Shown here piece by piece: positions 37,345 to 51,521 of a stretch of DNA of 64,000 nt. Both the position numbers and the translations under genes were made by a program. This DNA comes from Leucoraja ocellata. Taxonomy: Eukaryota. Each line of letters opens with the position of its first letter. Position 1 is the stretch's first letter. The notes below the pieces were generated by a model, which saw only the letters and a program-made list of their open reading frames with translations, searched no databases and was not told where the DNA came from. Location: positions 3,162,001 to 3,226,000 of the forward strand of contig JAWMAR010000159.1 of assembly GCA_036785375.1 (NCBI GenBank), given 5' to 3'.

Positions 37345-39050
37345 ACCATTAATTACTAAATTAAATGCCCTTATTCAATTTTGGAAAACACTTCCTTATA
37401 GGTAGAGCAAATGCTATAAAGATGATGTTCCTTCCACACCTCCTGTACCTATTTCAATCAATACCGATTTATCTCCCTAAAAGCTTTTTAAAAAGACTTG
37501 ACTGTGATTACAAACTTTATCTGGGATTATAAAACCCATAGAATTAATAAATGACATTTATGTAAACCTAAAGAAATTGGTGGACTGGTTCCCCCCAATT
37601 TTCTTATCTATTACTGGGCAACTAATATTAAAAAATTAATCTACTGGATGGATGATACATGTCAACAAGTAAACTGGTTAAAAATGTTCACCTTTCAATA
37701 TAGGCGCGATTCTTCTTTCTCCAATACATCTGAATAAATCAATGAGAAAAATCGAAAATTCATAGCACCCTGCGCATTTGGAAACAGTTGAAATCAACTC
37801 TCAATTTGAGAAATTCCTCTCTTTTACCAATCGCCAACAATCCCTCGTTTAAACCATCTACTTTAGACAAGGCATTTGTACAATGGGAAAATCTAGGAAT
37901 TAAAACGCTGGGAAATCTTTGCGAGAAGGGGATCTTCTCGTTTCAAGAATTACAGGAGAAATATCATTTGAAAGCTAGTAATTTTTTCAGATATCTTCAA
38001 ATCCGAGACTATGTGAAAACACACACGCAAGACTGTCATTCTATGTGCCCAGATATATTAGACGAATGCATGAATAGAAAGGCGGATACAAGTAAGTTAA
38101 TAACCTATATTTATAATACTCTTTTAACTGCACATATCCCACCTTCCGAAATGATTAGGCGAGCATGGGAAGATGAATTGGGCTTATCAATCTCAAAGGA
38201 GTGTTGGGAGGAAAGCCTTTTATACACACATTACTGCTGTCTTAATGTTAGGCACAGCCTGATACGATTTAAAATACTGCACAGACTTTATTACTCAAAG
38301 TCTAAATTGAACAAGATCTTCCCAAATTTGTGATAAATGTCTCCTCCAAGAAGCGACTACAACTCATTCTTTTGCTTCCTGCACAAAGTTACAAAACTTC
38401 TGGAGGAGAATATTTGATACGTTTTCCAAAATACTTAAAACTAAATTGGACCCAGATAAAAAACTGATCATATTAGGTTTGTCAGAGGCCTGTTCTAAGC
38501 TAACAATATTTCAAAGACGTTTCCTCAACTACGGCCTAATAATGGCGAAAAAAGTAATACTTAAATTTTGGAAACAGATAACATTCCCACAGTGAAGATG
38601 TGGATTACAGATATGTCCGAGACACTACACTTGGAAAACATTAGGCTTATCTTGGCGGAAAAACCAGATCAATTTCTTGAGACATGGATAACCTTTACGG
38701 AATTTTTACAACAATAGTATGGTGAAACACAAATTTAAATTTAAATCCGATGCTACGACGATGGGTGAGGGGGGGGGGGGGGGGTGGGGGGCAAAGTATA
38801 TCTCCATCGTTTCTTATTCCTCTTTCTCTCTGCTGCACTGCTTTGGTAGCTTAGGGGTATTTTTCTCGTTCTTTTCTATTTTATCTCTTCATTTTTTCCT
38901 TTCTTCTTTTCTTGCTTTCCCTTTGTTTCCTTTTTTCTAATTTAAGTTATAAGGTTAAAAATAAAAATGAAGCTGTATAACAATTGTATAATTGTAGATG
39001 CCGAATGTTTTATCCTTGTACAAAAAAAACCCAGAACAAAAAAAAAAAGT
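37345..39050 (+). mobile_element. 5'-truncated L1-clade LINE (ORF2 C-terminal half, 3' UTR, A tail), frameshifted
   Basis: GRANAIKMMFLPHLLYLFQSIP, FQELQEKY..FFRYLQIR, FKILHRLYY, CDKC..THSF zinc-knuckle-like motif. Confidence 0.85.
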
Positions 39051-39469
39051 TCCAGTTTTTCTCCGAATCAATTCGATAGAGGTTTTGGTTTCTAACTGAT
39101 ATTTAACATAAAGGAGATGAAGAGGAATTTCTGTAGTCAGCGGGTGGTGGATCTGTGGTATTCATTGGCACAAAAGGCTGCGGAGGCCATGTCAATGGAT
39201 ATTTTTAAGGTGGAGATTGACAGATACTTGATTAGTACAGGTGTCAGGGGTTATTGGGATAAGGCAGGAGATTGGGAATTAGAGGGTAGATCAGCCATGA
39301 TTGAATGTTAATGTAGACTTGATGGGCCGACTGACCTAATTCTGCTCCTATAACTTAAGAACTTATTTCTCAGCGTGCATTAAATTGACCAATCTTGACA
39401 TGTCAACTAAACCTGTAATCACTCTGCTCAATAATTCAAAGGGTTAACAATTTATTCCAAAAATTAACA

Positions 39470-40500
39470 TGTGTAAAAAGGAATTGCAGATGCTGGTTTA
39501 AACCGAAGTTAGACCTAAAGAGCTGGGGTAACTCAGCAGGTCAGACAGCATCTCTGTAGAAAGGGAGAAACCCCGAAAATACATTTCAGGGTTGAGACCT
39601 TTCTTCAGATTGAGAGTCAGGGGAAAGGGAAACATGAGATATGGATGGTGATGTAGAGAGATATAGAACAAATGAATGAAAAATATGCAAAAAAGTAACA
39701 ATGATAAAGGAAACGGGCGATTGTTAGCTGTGTGCTAGGTGAAAACGAATTACAGACAATGAGACTCAACAAGACGGCTTTGAAGCTGGTACGACTATGG
39801 TCAGGAGGCTTGGTGAGAGCGGAGATTATTGAAGTTAGGGAAATCAATATTCATACCACTGGGTTGTAAGGTGCCCAAGCGAAATATGAGATGTTGTTCC
39901 TCCAATTTGCCTTTGACCTCACTCTGACAATGGAGCAGACCGAGGACAGAAAGGTCAGTGTGGAACCGGGAGATCAGGTAGGTCCGTGTGGACTGAGCAA
40001 AGGTATTCACCTTTGTCTCGCCGATGTACTAGAGTACTCATCTTGAATAACGGATACAGTAGATGAGGTTGGAGGAGGTGCAAGTGAACCTCTGCCAAAC
40101 CTGAAAGGACTGTTGGGGTCCCTGGACAGAGTCGAGGAAGGGGGTAGATGGACAGGTGTTACATCTACTACGGTCGCTGGGGAAGGTAACTGTGGAGGGG
40201 GTGGGAAGGGTGGGAAGGGTTGCTTTAATCTGAAGTGAACGGTCTCTGCGGAAGGTGGAAAGAGGTGTAGATAGGAAGGTGTGACTAATGTCAGGATCCC
40301 ATTGGAGGTGGTGAAAATGTCAGAGGATTTGGTGTTGTATGCGACGGCTGATGGGGTGAAAGGTAAGGACTAAGGGAACTCGGTCCCTGTTGCGACTCAG
40401 GGGAGGGGGAGCTGAAGCAGAGCTGTGGGGTACCGAGGAGACATGTGTGAGGGCTTCATCTATGATGGAAGTAGGGAACCACCATTCCCTCAAGAATGAA
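39470..40500 (-). mobile_element. Penelope-like element 3' part, degenerate
   Basis: RVPLVLTFHP, DLSVLGLLHC..EEQHLIFRLGTLQPSGMNIDF, pLTR. Confidence 0.9.
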
Positions 40501-40549
40501 TTAACCACGCACACAGATAACGTGCAAAAGCATCCAAATTTGATAGATT

Positions 40550-42140
40550 TTGACTTTTAAACGTAGCATTTATTTCTCTCCCTTCGTTCATTAATAAAAA
40601 TGTTGAATTGTTTCCAAGAGATTTAAAATCGGAAGGTTGGAGATTTGAAATAAAGGTGGGATATCACTGAGGATTAACTATGCATAAAAGAGCAGCAGAT
40701 TAGAATTGAACTCCTAATGTTTGAAAAGAAGCAACAAAATCAGCTAGAAAGAATTAATAAAAGGTCAGTGAAGATTAAGAAAACAATGGTACATAATAGC
40801 CTTTAGAAAGATCAATCGATGTAATAGCAAAATGTATGGTATTCAAATTACTGAAAGTACAATAAAAAACATTTTTTAAGCATTTAAAAAGTTCCAGAGC
40901 GTGAAAAGCAATTATCCATTGAACTATTTCCTGACACCTTCATTAACTTTTAATGGTATTTGATCAAAAGCAAAGGCATTGAATGCTTTCAAAAAAGCAG
41001 TAAACCGGACAATAATTAAAAAAACAGAATTAGCAAAAAAGGGCAAAATTGCGGAAAAGAAAAAGGAAGCACAATATGAAAGTAAATGAGTGGGAGATGT
41101 AAAAGCAGACTAATAAAGATTCCATACAAATGCAATAAGAAAATTAGCTGAATTTAATTTGGGCACTTATAGACTGGGAGAGGAGAAATTATAGTAGGAA
41201 TGAAAAAATAGCGAAAGGTTAAACAAGTATTTGTATCTGTGAACAACATGTCCTGAGTGAATGTGGAGAAGAATTACAACAAATGAAAAATAAATTAATG
41301 AAAGTGATAGTCAGGTAACCACAGAGCCTGGACACTGCATCAGGAAGTTATGTTGTAGCTTTAGAAAATTTGGTTTTGCTGCATTTATAGGGTATTCTGC
41401 AGTTCTGGTCACCCCATTACTGGTAGCATGTGGAGGCTTTGGAGAAGTTGTCGGCAAGGGAGGGTTGTTTTCATCCCCAACTCCCCCCTCTCCCACCCTG
41501 CTTCCTTTGGTCAACACTCAACTCTTTTGAGTTGCCGACATTAAGGGTTTGGTTATTGTTCTGACACCATGACCCAAGTTTCCCAATTTTCTTTCCTGTA
41601 TTCATTCTCAACATTGTTGTTATTTTGGGCCAACAACAGTGGTGTCATCAGCAAATTTAAAGATCAAGTTGGCTTTATGCTTGGCCAAAGTTGTGGGTAT
41701 GCAGGGAATAGAGTAGTGGATTGAAAACACCACCCTGGGAAGCATCGGTGTTGAAGGTTAGATGGAGGAAATATTATGGAACATAGAACAGTTCAGCACA
41801 AGAACAGGCCCTTCGATCCACAATGCCCATGCCGAACATGATGCCAACCATCTCTTATCCATGTTGTCTCTGCCAATTCCACTATTATTTTAAATGCCTT
41901 ATCATTCATTGCCCTGCACATAATCCATATCCCTCCTTTCCCTGCATATCCCTATACCTATCAATAGTCTCTAAAGTGCCATCAACAGCCACCCCAGGTT
42001 GCACGATCCAGGCACTCACCACCCTGTGTGTCAAAACAACTTGCCCCACACATCTTCTTTAAACTTTGCCCCTCTCACCTTAAAGCTGTGCCCTCTAATA
42101 TTTGATTTTTGCATCTCCCTTTGCCAATTCTAACTGACTG
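40550..42140. mobile_element. Cluster of highly decayed CR1 and Rex1 fragments
   Basis: gtattctgcagttctggtcacccc (41390); tcatcagcaaatt (minus FADD, 41645); CR1 minus tail 41778-42110. Confidence 0.55.
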
Positions 42141-42309
42141 AAGTCTAAGGATGTAATGAGAGGGCATTTAAATAATAATGGAATTGGCAGAGACAACATG
42201 GATTTATGAAAGTGAAGTTCTATTTGGAAGGTTTTTGACAAGCGGAATGGTTGAGAACAAACCAGGTGACTTTCAGGTCCTAACATATGATGTCAGCACT
42301 GGGCCTGTA

Positions 42310-44607
42310 CACGCTGGAGTTTTGAAGGATGAGGAGGTTGAAACTTACAGAACAAGAAAGGCCTTTAGAGAGCTCGGAAAAATGCTGAAAAGCAGGACCT
42401 CCAGGGTTGTTATCTCCGGTTTCCTTCCAGTTCCTCATGCTGGCGAGAACAGGAACAGGGAGATACGGGACCTGAACGTGTGGCTGAGGAACTGGTGCAC
42501 GGGGCAGGGATTTAGATTCTTAGATCACTGGGATCTGTTTTGGGGTAAGGGGGAACTGTACAAAAGGGACTGATTGCATCTTAACAGGTGTGGGACCAGC
42601 ATTCTGGCAGGCAGGTTTGCCACTGCTACACGGGTGGTTTTAAACTGAATAAGGGGGGTGGGGTGTCGAATGGGATAGTGGAGGATGGAGTTAAAGGGAA
42701 AGGGTTTCTTAAATGTGTGAGCGTAGAGACAGAGGGGTGTGAAATGAGGGTAGAAGCAATAGGTAGCAAGTTGAAAAGTAAAAGTGGCAGGCCGGCAAAT
42801 CCAGGGCAAAAATCAAAAAGGGCCACTTTTCAGCATAATAGTATAAGGGGTAAGAGTGTTGTAAAAACAAGCCTGAAGGCTTTGTGTCTCAATGCAAGGA
42901 GCATTCGTAATAAGGTGGATGAGTTGAATGTGCAGATAGCTATTAATGACTATGATATAGTTGGGATCACGGAGACATGGCTCTAGGGTGACCAAGGCTG
43001 GGAGCTGAACATCCATGGATATTCAATATTGAGGAGGGATAGACAGAAAGGGAAAGGAGGTGGGGTAGCGTTGCTGGTTAGAGAGCAGATTAACGCAATA
43101 GAAAGGAAGGACATTAGCTTTGAGGATGTGGAATTGATATGGGTAGAGCTGCGAAACACTAAGGGGCAGAAAACGCTAGTGGGAGTTGTGTACAGGCCAC
43201 CTAACAGTAGTAGTGGAGTTGGGGATGGCATCAAACAGGAAATTAGAAATGCGTGCAACAAAGGTAAAACAGTTATAATGGGTGACTTCAATCTACATAT
43301 AGATTGGGTGAATCAAATTGGCAAGGGTGCTGAGGAAGAGGATTTCTTGGAATGTATGCGGGATAGTTTTCTAAACCAACATGTAGAGGAACCAACGAGA
43401 GAGCAGGCTATTCTAGACTGGGTATTGAGTAATGAGGAAGGGTTAGTTAGCAGTCTTGTTGTGTGAGGCCCCTTGGGCAAGAGTGACCATAATATGGTTG
43501 AGTTCTTCATTAGGATGGAGAGTGACATCGTTAATTCAGAAACAAGGGTCCTGAACTTAAAGAAAGGTAACTTTGAGGGTATGAGACGTGAATTGGCCAT
43601 CATTAATGCCAGTCTGCAAATGATGGGCTTCATTTTTTTTTAACATAAACAAAACAGCCTTTCTGTTTTTCCATTAATTTTTACTAATTTAGCCTCACGC
43701 TGGCAATAATATCATCCTTGCAGTGGAGTCAAACCGCGTTGTTAATTCAGAAACAAGGGTTCTGAACTTGAGGGTATGAGACGTGAATTAGCCAAGATTG
43801 ACTGGCAATTGATTCTTAAAGGGTTGACGGTGGATATGAAATGGAAGGCATTTAAAGACTGCATGGATGAACTACAACAATTGTTCATCCCAGTCTGGCA
43901 AAAGAATAAATCGGTGAAGGTAGTGCATCCGTGGATAACAAGGGAAATCATGGGATAGTATCAAAACAAAAGATGAAGCGTACAAACTAGCCAGAAAAAG
44001 CAGCCTACCAGAGGACTGGGAGAAATTCAGTACAGCAGAGGAGGACAAAGGGCTTAATTAGGAAAGGGAAAATAGATTATGAAAGAAAACTGGCAGGGAA
44101 CATAAAAACTAACTGCAAAAGTTTTTATAGATATGTGAAGAGAAAGAGATTAGTTAAAACAAATGTAGGTCCCTTGCAGTCAGAAAGAGGTGAATTGATC
44201 ATGGGGAACAAGGACATGGCAGACCAATTGAATAACTACTTTGGTTCCGTCTTCACTAAGGAAGACATAAATAATCTGCCGGAAATAGCAGGGGACCGGG
44301 GGTCAAATGAGATGGGGGAACTGAGTGAAATCCAGGTTAGCCAGGAAGTGGTGTTAGGTAAATTGAATGGATTAAAGGCCGATAAATCCCCAGGGCCAGA
44401 TAGGCTGCATCCCAGAGTACTTAAGGAAGTAGCCCCAGAAATAGTGGATGCATTAGTGATAATTTTTCGAAACCCTTTAGATTCTGGAGTAGTTCCTGAG
44501 GATTGGAGGGTAGCTAATGTAACCCCACTTTTTAAAAAGGGAGGGAGAGAGAAAACGGGGAATTACAGATCAGTTAGTCTAACATTGGTAGTGGGGAAAC
44601 TGCTAGA
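42310..44607 (+). mobile_element. CR1 LINE 5'/central part: SGNH-hydrolase ORF1 end, APE endonuclease and start of RT (pseudogene)
   Basis: VVISGFLP..LNVWL..RD*LHLN; CLNARSI..GITETWL, VYRPPN, MGDFN, SDHN; KSPGPDRLHPRVLKE..GNYRSVSL; in-frame stops. Confidence 0.93.
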
Positions 44608-45138
44608 ATGGAGCCACCATGGTGAGAAGCAAGAATTCTCGTGCCGTTGATGGGTCGCTAGGAGGTCCTAGTGAGTTGCCAGGAGGTCAAAGGTTCTCCT
44701 AGGTTCTCATAGGTTGTAGCTGGTGCTGACCTGTGAATTTCTTTGGTTCAATGGGAAAAAAAACGTAATCAGTAGTTTTCAGAACCAAGGATAACCGACT
44801 GGTAATGTTAAATGTCCGCCGAGCTTCACAGCCGTGTATCTCTGGCTTCTTAAACGTTTTCTCCACACCTTCTCCTTCCTTCTCCCCCCCTCGCCCCCCT
44901 CTTTTAAATGACTTACCGCACACTTTGTTTTAGCAGTCTTAATTACAGTGCCAACCTTTCTATTCATCGCGGTATCACCTTGGCTTTGATCCGTGTGAAT
45001 TTCACTGCATAACAAGCTTGTGAAGGAAACAATGTGTGTGTGTGCTCCACTCTAACAGTCACCTTTCCAGTTGCCGGTTTTACAGGCGACTGCCGGCAAC
45101 TTGACAGCCTGAAAAATCACCTAAGTGAGACTGGACCA
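44608..45138. mobile_element. PIF/Harbinger-like non-autonomous element, left end lost
   Basis: Ends aaaaatcacctaagtgagactggacca + TTA; internal similarity to 57321-58041. Confidence 0.65.
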
Positions 45139-46109
45139 TTAGAAAGGAGATGAGGAGGAATTTCATTAATCAGAAAGTGATGAATCGGTTGAATTCATTG
45201 CTACAGAAGTCTGTGAGGTTTGTCAATGGATATTTTTAAAGTAGAGATTAACAGATTCCTGATTCGTACAGGTGTCGGAGGTTTTGAGGAGAATGTGGTT
45301 GAGAGGGAAAGATAGATCAGCCACGATTGAATAGTGGAGTAGATTTGGTCGGCCGAATTGCCTAATTCTACTCCTAGAACTTATGAACTTATGAAGTCCT
45401 CTGGTGTTGGGGGGGTTATTAAGTAGTATAAGAACATAGCATTGGGAGCAACAAACTGGCATGATTGAGGCATGGTTCATGGACAACAACAGAAAATAGA
45501 AACAAAGAGGCCATTTTCTGATTAGGGGACTTTGACGAGGCAAGAATTGATGCTGATGCCTCCACTGTTCACAATTTGTATCACTAATTTGGACAGGGGG
45601 ATCAAGAATAATATGTAGTAATTGCTGATTATACAAAGTTGGCTGGCAATGTAGGTGGTGAAAGAATATAGAATGTCTTCAGGGAGTTATAGACAGGCTA
45701 ATTGAGTGATTAATGGAATTAAATGTGGAAAATACAATGTTATTTATTGGCAGCAAAAAAAAACAAGAGACAGGTGGAGTTTAGAAGAATGAGAGATTGT
45801 CGTATTGAAACATACTAAATCATTGATGACATAGATGCAGGTTTGCTGCTTTCCCCAGTTGAGCAGTCCAGAACAAGGGATCATAATTATGTGATCATAC
45901 TGAAATTATATATGGGAATGAGGAAAGGATTCAGCTATTTGGATCAGAGAATTTGTAAAAAAAAAATAACCCAGAGTTTCATGAAACTTTGATTTTTTCC
46001 ACTCAAGAAGGTGAAGAATTGTTCATGGCTGAATAAGCAATAGATTTATAGATATTAAGAAAATCAAGGGTTAGATTGATATTCAGGTGAAAGATAATAT
46101 TGAAATGTG

Positions 46110-46682
46110 GTGACACTAGAGATTGTCGATGCTGGAATTTTGAGCAAAACACAAAGTGCTGGAGGAACTCAACGGGTCAGGCAGCATCTGGGGAAAGAAT
46201 GTGTAGGACGGAACCGCAGATGCTGGTTTAAACCAAAGATAGACACAAAAAGCTGGAGTAATTCAGCAGGTCAGACAGCATCTCTGGAGAAAAGGAATAT
46301 GTGACATTTCAGGTCGAGACTCTTCTTCAGACTGAGTCAGGGGAAAGGGAAACGAGAGAGAGAGAAGGTAAAAAAATGACGATGATAAAGGAAACAGGCC
46401 ATTGTTAGGTGAGGACGACTTTGAAGCTGGTACGACGGGAGGGGGAGGGATGGAGGGAGAGGGAATGCGGGAGTTACTTGAAGTTAGATAAATCAATTTT
46501 CATAGCACTGGGTTGTAAGCTGCCCAAGCAAAATATGAGATGCTGTTCCTCCCACTCGAGATGTTACCTATTCCTTTTCTCCAGAGATGCTGTCTGACCC
46601 GCTGAGTTACTACAACTTTTTTTGTCTATCTGGGGAGGAAATGGACAGACGAACATTCGGGTGGGAGCCCTTATTCAGACAG
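46110..46682. mobile_element. Penelope-like fragment with inverted pLTR nested in an older pLTR relic
   Basis: 46230-46310 mirrored by 46560-46630; host relic 46110-46195 resumes at 46632. Confidence 0.8.
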
Positions 46683-47651
46683 AAAGATTATATTGAAAGA
46701 TGGAGCAGGCTTGAGAGTCTGAATAGTCCACTCTTGCTTCTGTTTCTTGTTTTATTATAGCTCTTCTACCTTTGGAAAAAAAACCTCAATGTTACAAACA
46801 TCCACAAAGCACTAAATATTGAGTTGGTTTAAAATCCAGAGTTAACCTTTACTGTGCACTATCTATTCATCTGCTCGTATAACCTGGAGGCAAAACAATG
46901 AAATCCCTTGCTGTGCTGTTTTCTATTTTCTGGTGGTGACTAAAAGATATTTGAAAGCCAATTACAAACCAAAATGCTAATTTATATACAATTAGCTGAT
47001 TGAAAATACATTTAACGTAAATTTTAATCTATTTCATAACATTCATAATGTTAGTGAATTCTAAGTTAACTCATAGAAATTTCAATATATTACCAAACCT
47101 TATCATCCAAATCTGATTTGGTTTTATGAAATGCTAGTCTGGAGAAGCTCAATTTGCATTTCTTGATTATATATTCTGAAGATTTAATCATTTATGAACT
47201 TTAGTAATTAGCAGCGATATCTTAATATAAATTACCTAGATTTTTTTGTAGGTTTACTAGGCAAAATTCTCAAAGGGCTACAATTAGGCCTGGGCCTAAT
47301 ATGCTCGTTCAGAGACCTCACTCACCTCATTGAAGGTTGATCCTGCAGTTTGGGTAATTGCAATGATCACAGTTTCCAAAGACACATCAATGACTCCATG
47401 CTGCTCTTTCCTCCTCCAGCAGTATGTGCTTGGATGTTTTTCAAAATTCTTCCTACAAAATATGTGGAATTAAATTTTAAAGCATTATTGAAATATCTCT
47501 TTTAAATTAAATTCAGATCTAAGTGTTGTAAAGAAAGATTGTTAACTGGATTTGCCTTGTAAATTGTAGATTCTTACACACAATTTAAAGGAAGTATGGA
47601 CTGTTGAATTGTCATTAATCTATTTTGCCCAGTACATAAGTTATAATGTAT

Positions 47652-47805
47652 CAAAGATAGACACAAAATGCTGGAGTAACTCAACGGGTCAGGCAGCATC
47701 TCTGGCGAAAATGGAGAAATTAGAAACTCATCCAGAGATGCTGCCTGAGTTACTCCAGCATTTTGTGTCTATTTTTTGGTATTAACCAGCATATGCAGTT
47801 CCCTT
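47652..47805. mobile_element. Penelope-like pLTR fold-back relic
   Basis: atagacacaaaatgctggagtaactca / tgagttactccagcattttgtgtctat perfect inverted arms. Confidence 0.88.
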
Positions 47806-48186
47806 TTATAACATGTTAGTTATTATGTAAGACTGTGTAAGGTATTATTTCATGTTGATATTGTGTATGATGAAATTCTGTTGATTTTACAACTAAATAT
47901 TTAAATAACACCTTTTACTTCAGAGAATAGATTCAGCTGAACAGATGAATGTCTTCTCATTGGTCATCTTTCATATTTTACGTGAAATGAAAATAATGAC
48001 AAGAACTTTTGAATCTTCCATGTGAAACTGAAGCACTATGTATTTCTACAGCCATAGGTTGTTGAGAATACTTACAGACTTTTTTGATCATGATACATGT
48101 GAGACCTTTTTCCTTATGTTTTTCTGTCATTATGAACCAAAAACTGCATATCCTCCAATTTACCAAGAGCAACACTAGAGAAGAGA

Positions 48187-48855
48187 AGAAAGCAAATGGC
48201 ATATTGGCGTTCAAGAAAGCAAATGGCATGTTAGCGTTCATAGCGAGAGGATTTGAGTATAGGAACAAGGAGGTTCTACTGCAGTTGTACAGGGCCCTGG
48301 TGAGACTATACCTGGAGTATTGTGTGCAGTTTTGGTCTCCTAATTTGAGGAAGGACATTCTTGCTATTGAGGGAGTGCAGCGTAGGTTTGCCAGGTTAAT
48401 TCCTGGGATGGTGGGACTGACATATGATGAAAGAATGGATCGACTGGCTTATATTCACTGGAATTTAGAAGGATGAGAGGAGATCATCGAGAAACATATA
48501 AAATTCTTAAGGAATTGGACAGGCTAGATGCAGGAAAAATGTTCCCTATGTTGGGGGAGTCCTGAACCAAGGGTCACAATTTAAGAATATGGGGTTGGCC
48601 ATTTATGACTGAGATAAAGGAAAATCGTTTCCACACACCAAGTTGTGAATCTGTGGAATTCTGTGCCACTGGAGGCCAATTCACAAGATGTTTTCAAGAG
48701 AGAGTTATAGCTCTTCGGGCTAATGGAATCAAGGGATGTGGGAAAAAGCAGGATCGGGGTACAGATTTTGGATGATCAGCCATGATCATATTGAATGGCG
48801 GTGCTGGCTTGAAAGGCTGAATGCCCTACTCCTGCTCCTATTTTCTATGTTTCTT
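48187..48855 (+). mobile_element. 5'-truncated CR1 3' fragment
   Basis: KKANGMLAFIARGFEYRNKEVLLQLYRALVR..; ttttctatgtttct tail. Confidence 0.9.
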
Positions 48856-49784
48856 AGAGCATACAAAATAGCAGGAGTAGCCTGTTCAGCCTTTGAGACT
48901 GCTCTAACATTCAACATGAGCATTGCTAATCTTTGACCTCAACGCCATTCTTCTGTTCTGTTTGCGATAAGGCAGAAATTCAATTGCTATCCACTGATTT
49001 TCCTATAATTTAGTTTCCCAATCTTACATAACCAATTGTGCAATCATACGAACCATATCTAAAGCTATCATATTATGGTTACTTTGCTCTGAGGACCTTG
49101 TTTCAACAAAACTATTAAATCGGCCTTTCCCTTTGTATTGTGCCTGATCTCTTGTAGGTTTCTCAACACACTGATCTAGAATATTTCAGAAATTCATCCT
49201 TGAGACTTTTAGTACGTATTTGATTTGTCGAGTCTGTATAAAGATTACGATCTCACTGATTATGGCATTACTGTACCCTTGTTATAGACATTTCAAATTA
49301 ATTTATAGCATACACCACACTACCCCACAACTATTATTAGATGCCTATCCACCGATTTATGTTTCTCATAATTGTGTATACTTCTATCATGTCACTACAC
49401 AGCCTCTGTTGCACCAGAGAAAATGGACCCAGCCTATCTAATCTCTTCCTATAACTCCAGTTTTCTGACCAAGGCAGCATCCTTGTGAATTTTTTCTGCA
49501 CCTTCTCTTGCGTAATGACATTGTTCATGCAGTGGGACACCCATACCTGCACACAATATTCCAAGTGTGAGGTAACTCGCATTTCCAAACTTCATAACAG
49601 GATGTACGCCATGTCGCAGGTGATGAGATGCCTTCTTCATCTCCCTATCTGTCTGTGGTTGACACAAATATGTGACTATTTGTGCCATTAGTTTGGTCAC
49701 ATTGATGCAAATGTGAGATGCATTTAGTTTTAAAAAATGTAAAAAAACAACTTGATAGGCATCGATTTTTAGGATTCTTGCGTC

Positions 49785-50073
49785 ATGGTTGTGCAGCAGT
49801 AGAGTTCCTGCCTTACAGCGCCAGTGTCCTGGGTTCGATCCTGAATGCAGGTGCTGTCTGTAGGGAGTTTGTCTGTTCTCCCTGGGACCGGGTGGGTTTT
49901 CCCCGGGTGCTTTAGTTTCCTCCCACACGCCAACGACATTTAGGTTTGTAGGTTAATTGGCTTTGGTAAAGATTGTAAATCGCCCCATGTGTGTAGGATA
50001 GTGCTAGTGTAGTCGGCACAGACTTGGTGGGGCGAAGGGCTGTTTCTGTGCTGTATCTGTAAACTAAACTAAA
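49785..50073 (+). mobile_element. HE1/V-SINE-type SINE
   Basis: B-box ggttcgatcc; central domain; (TAAAC)n tail. Confidence 0.88.
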
Positions 50074-51521
50074 TACTCAAAAACACTTGAGCGCTCTTAT
50101 ATTTTAAAGTCAGCATTAATAACCACTGTTTCCAGCCGCTATTTCAACAGAAACAACCTTCAAATAGCCCACTGAGCTGCACCTTTTTTGCAATTGCAGG
50201 AAGAGAGTTTGACATTTCCAGTTCATTTGAATGAGATTATCAAAGTGTCTTGCAAATGGGAACCAAATAAAATTGAACCTATTGTAAAGTAATTTATCGT
50301 TGCTTCTTAATTACCTTATACTTCTGCTGGTAACTAGAAGTTAATATACACATTTTACGCTGCTCTGAGTCAGGTTAAACTGGTCTTCTTTAATGAAGTG
50401 ACAATAACCTTCCTCAATTCAATCAATGTCATTTCAACTTTAATTTTAACTGTCATTATTATTGTTTCTTCTCATTTTATTGAGTGTAGAATATGTAATA
50501 AAAAATCTTGGAGAAATACTTGCAGGGCTGTACTTTAATCTTGGCATTTTGATAAGATCCGTAAACCTCCCAGGCTTCACTTTCATGGGCAATGCTGTCT
50601 GGATCTCTGCTGTAAATTTATGTCAATTGTATTCAAAATGAATTCCAAATTATGTGTAAAAATTCTTAGTTTCATTTCTTTCCTTTGGAATTAGTTTTGT
50701 TATTTTTTGACTTTTCTATATTCTGTTGTTTTTATTTAATCATTATTCATAATACGGAGTAATCCAAATTCCTTTCAGTGCGCTGGCACCTACCTTATGA
50801 GTGTTTCTAGAGCCATAGCACTGCAAGCAGCATAAAAGAACAAGGTACAACCAGTGGATGATGCACGTTGTCAGATTTTGAGAAATCTATCAACTGAAAC
50901 TAGTAGTCCAAATTTATGTTGCTGCCATACAGAAAACCAGAAATAATGAGGAAAGTAAATCCCAAGCACAACATTTGAAATCTTATGCATGATCAATCTC
51001 TCACATAATGCACGGAGGTTTATGATTCAATTATATAAATTTATTTCTCAACTCAAGATCTTATGTCCATTGTTCTCTTTAATGAAGTTCTGAAGTCCAG
51101 AAGAACCTGGCAGAGTTTCATGTGAATGTGTGGAGAATCCCATGTAAAGATGATCAGTTTTTAGCAAACTTAATGATGACTGCATTGCTGCCTTCTATTT
51201 ATGAACTTCACTGGAAATGCTTTGTGCGATTCATCAGCAATAATTTCCTGAGGTTTGAGGATGATCTTCTTTCACTGCAACTCAGTGGGTCCTGAAGTGC
51301 TTGAAGCAGGTACAGAACACCATTTAAGACATTTTAACATGCACATGAATAGGAAAGGTTTAAAGGGATATTGGTCAAACAAAGGCAAATAGGTCTAGAG
51401 TAGATGAGTTGGGCCAAAGGGCCTATTGCTGTACTTTATGCATCTCTGCCCATTGTCGGAGCGATTACCACTACAAATGTATTTATGATTATTGTTTCCA
51501 ATGAGATCAGGAGATTACATT

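Noticed and set aside
42178-42573. Host SGNH esterase gene
   Set aside because: Directly upstream of CR1 APE domain and interrupted by a stop; it is CR1 ORF1
49785-49850. tRNA gene
   Set aside because: tRNA-derived SINE head continuing into SINE body; no complete cloverleaf
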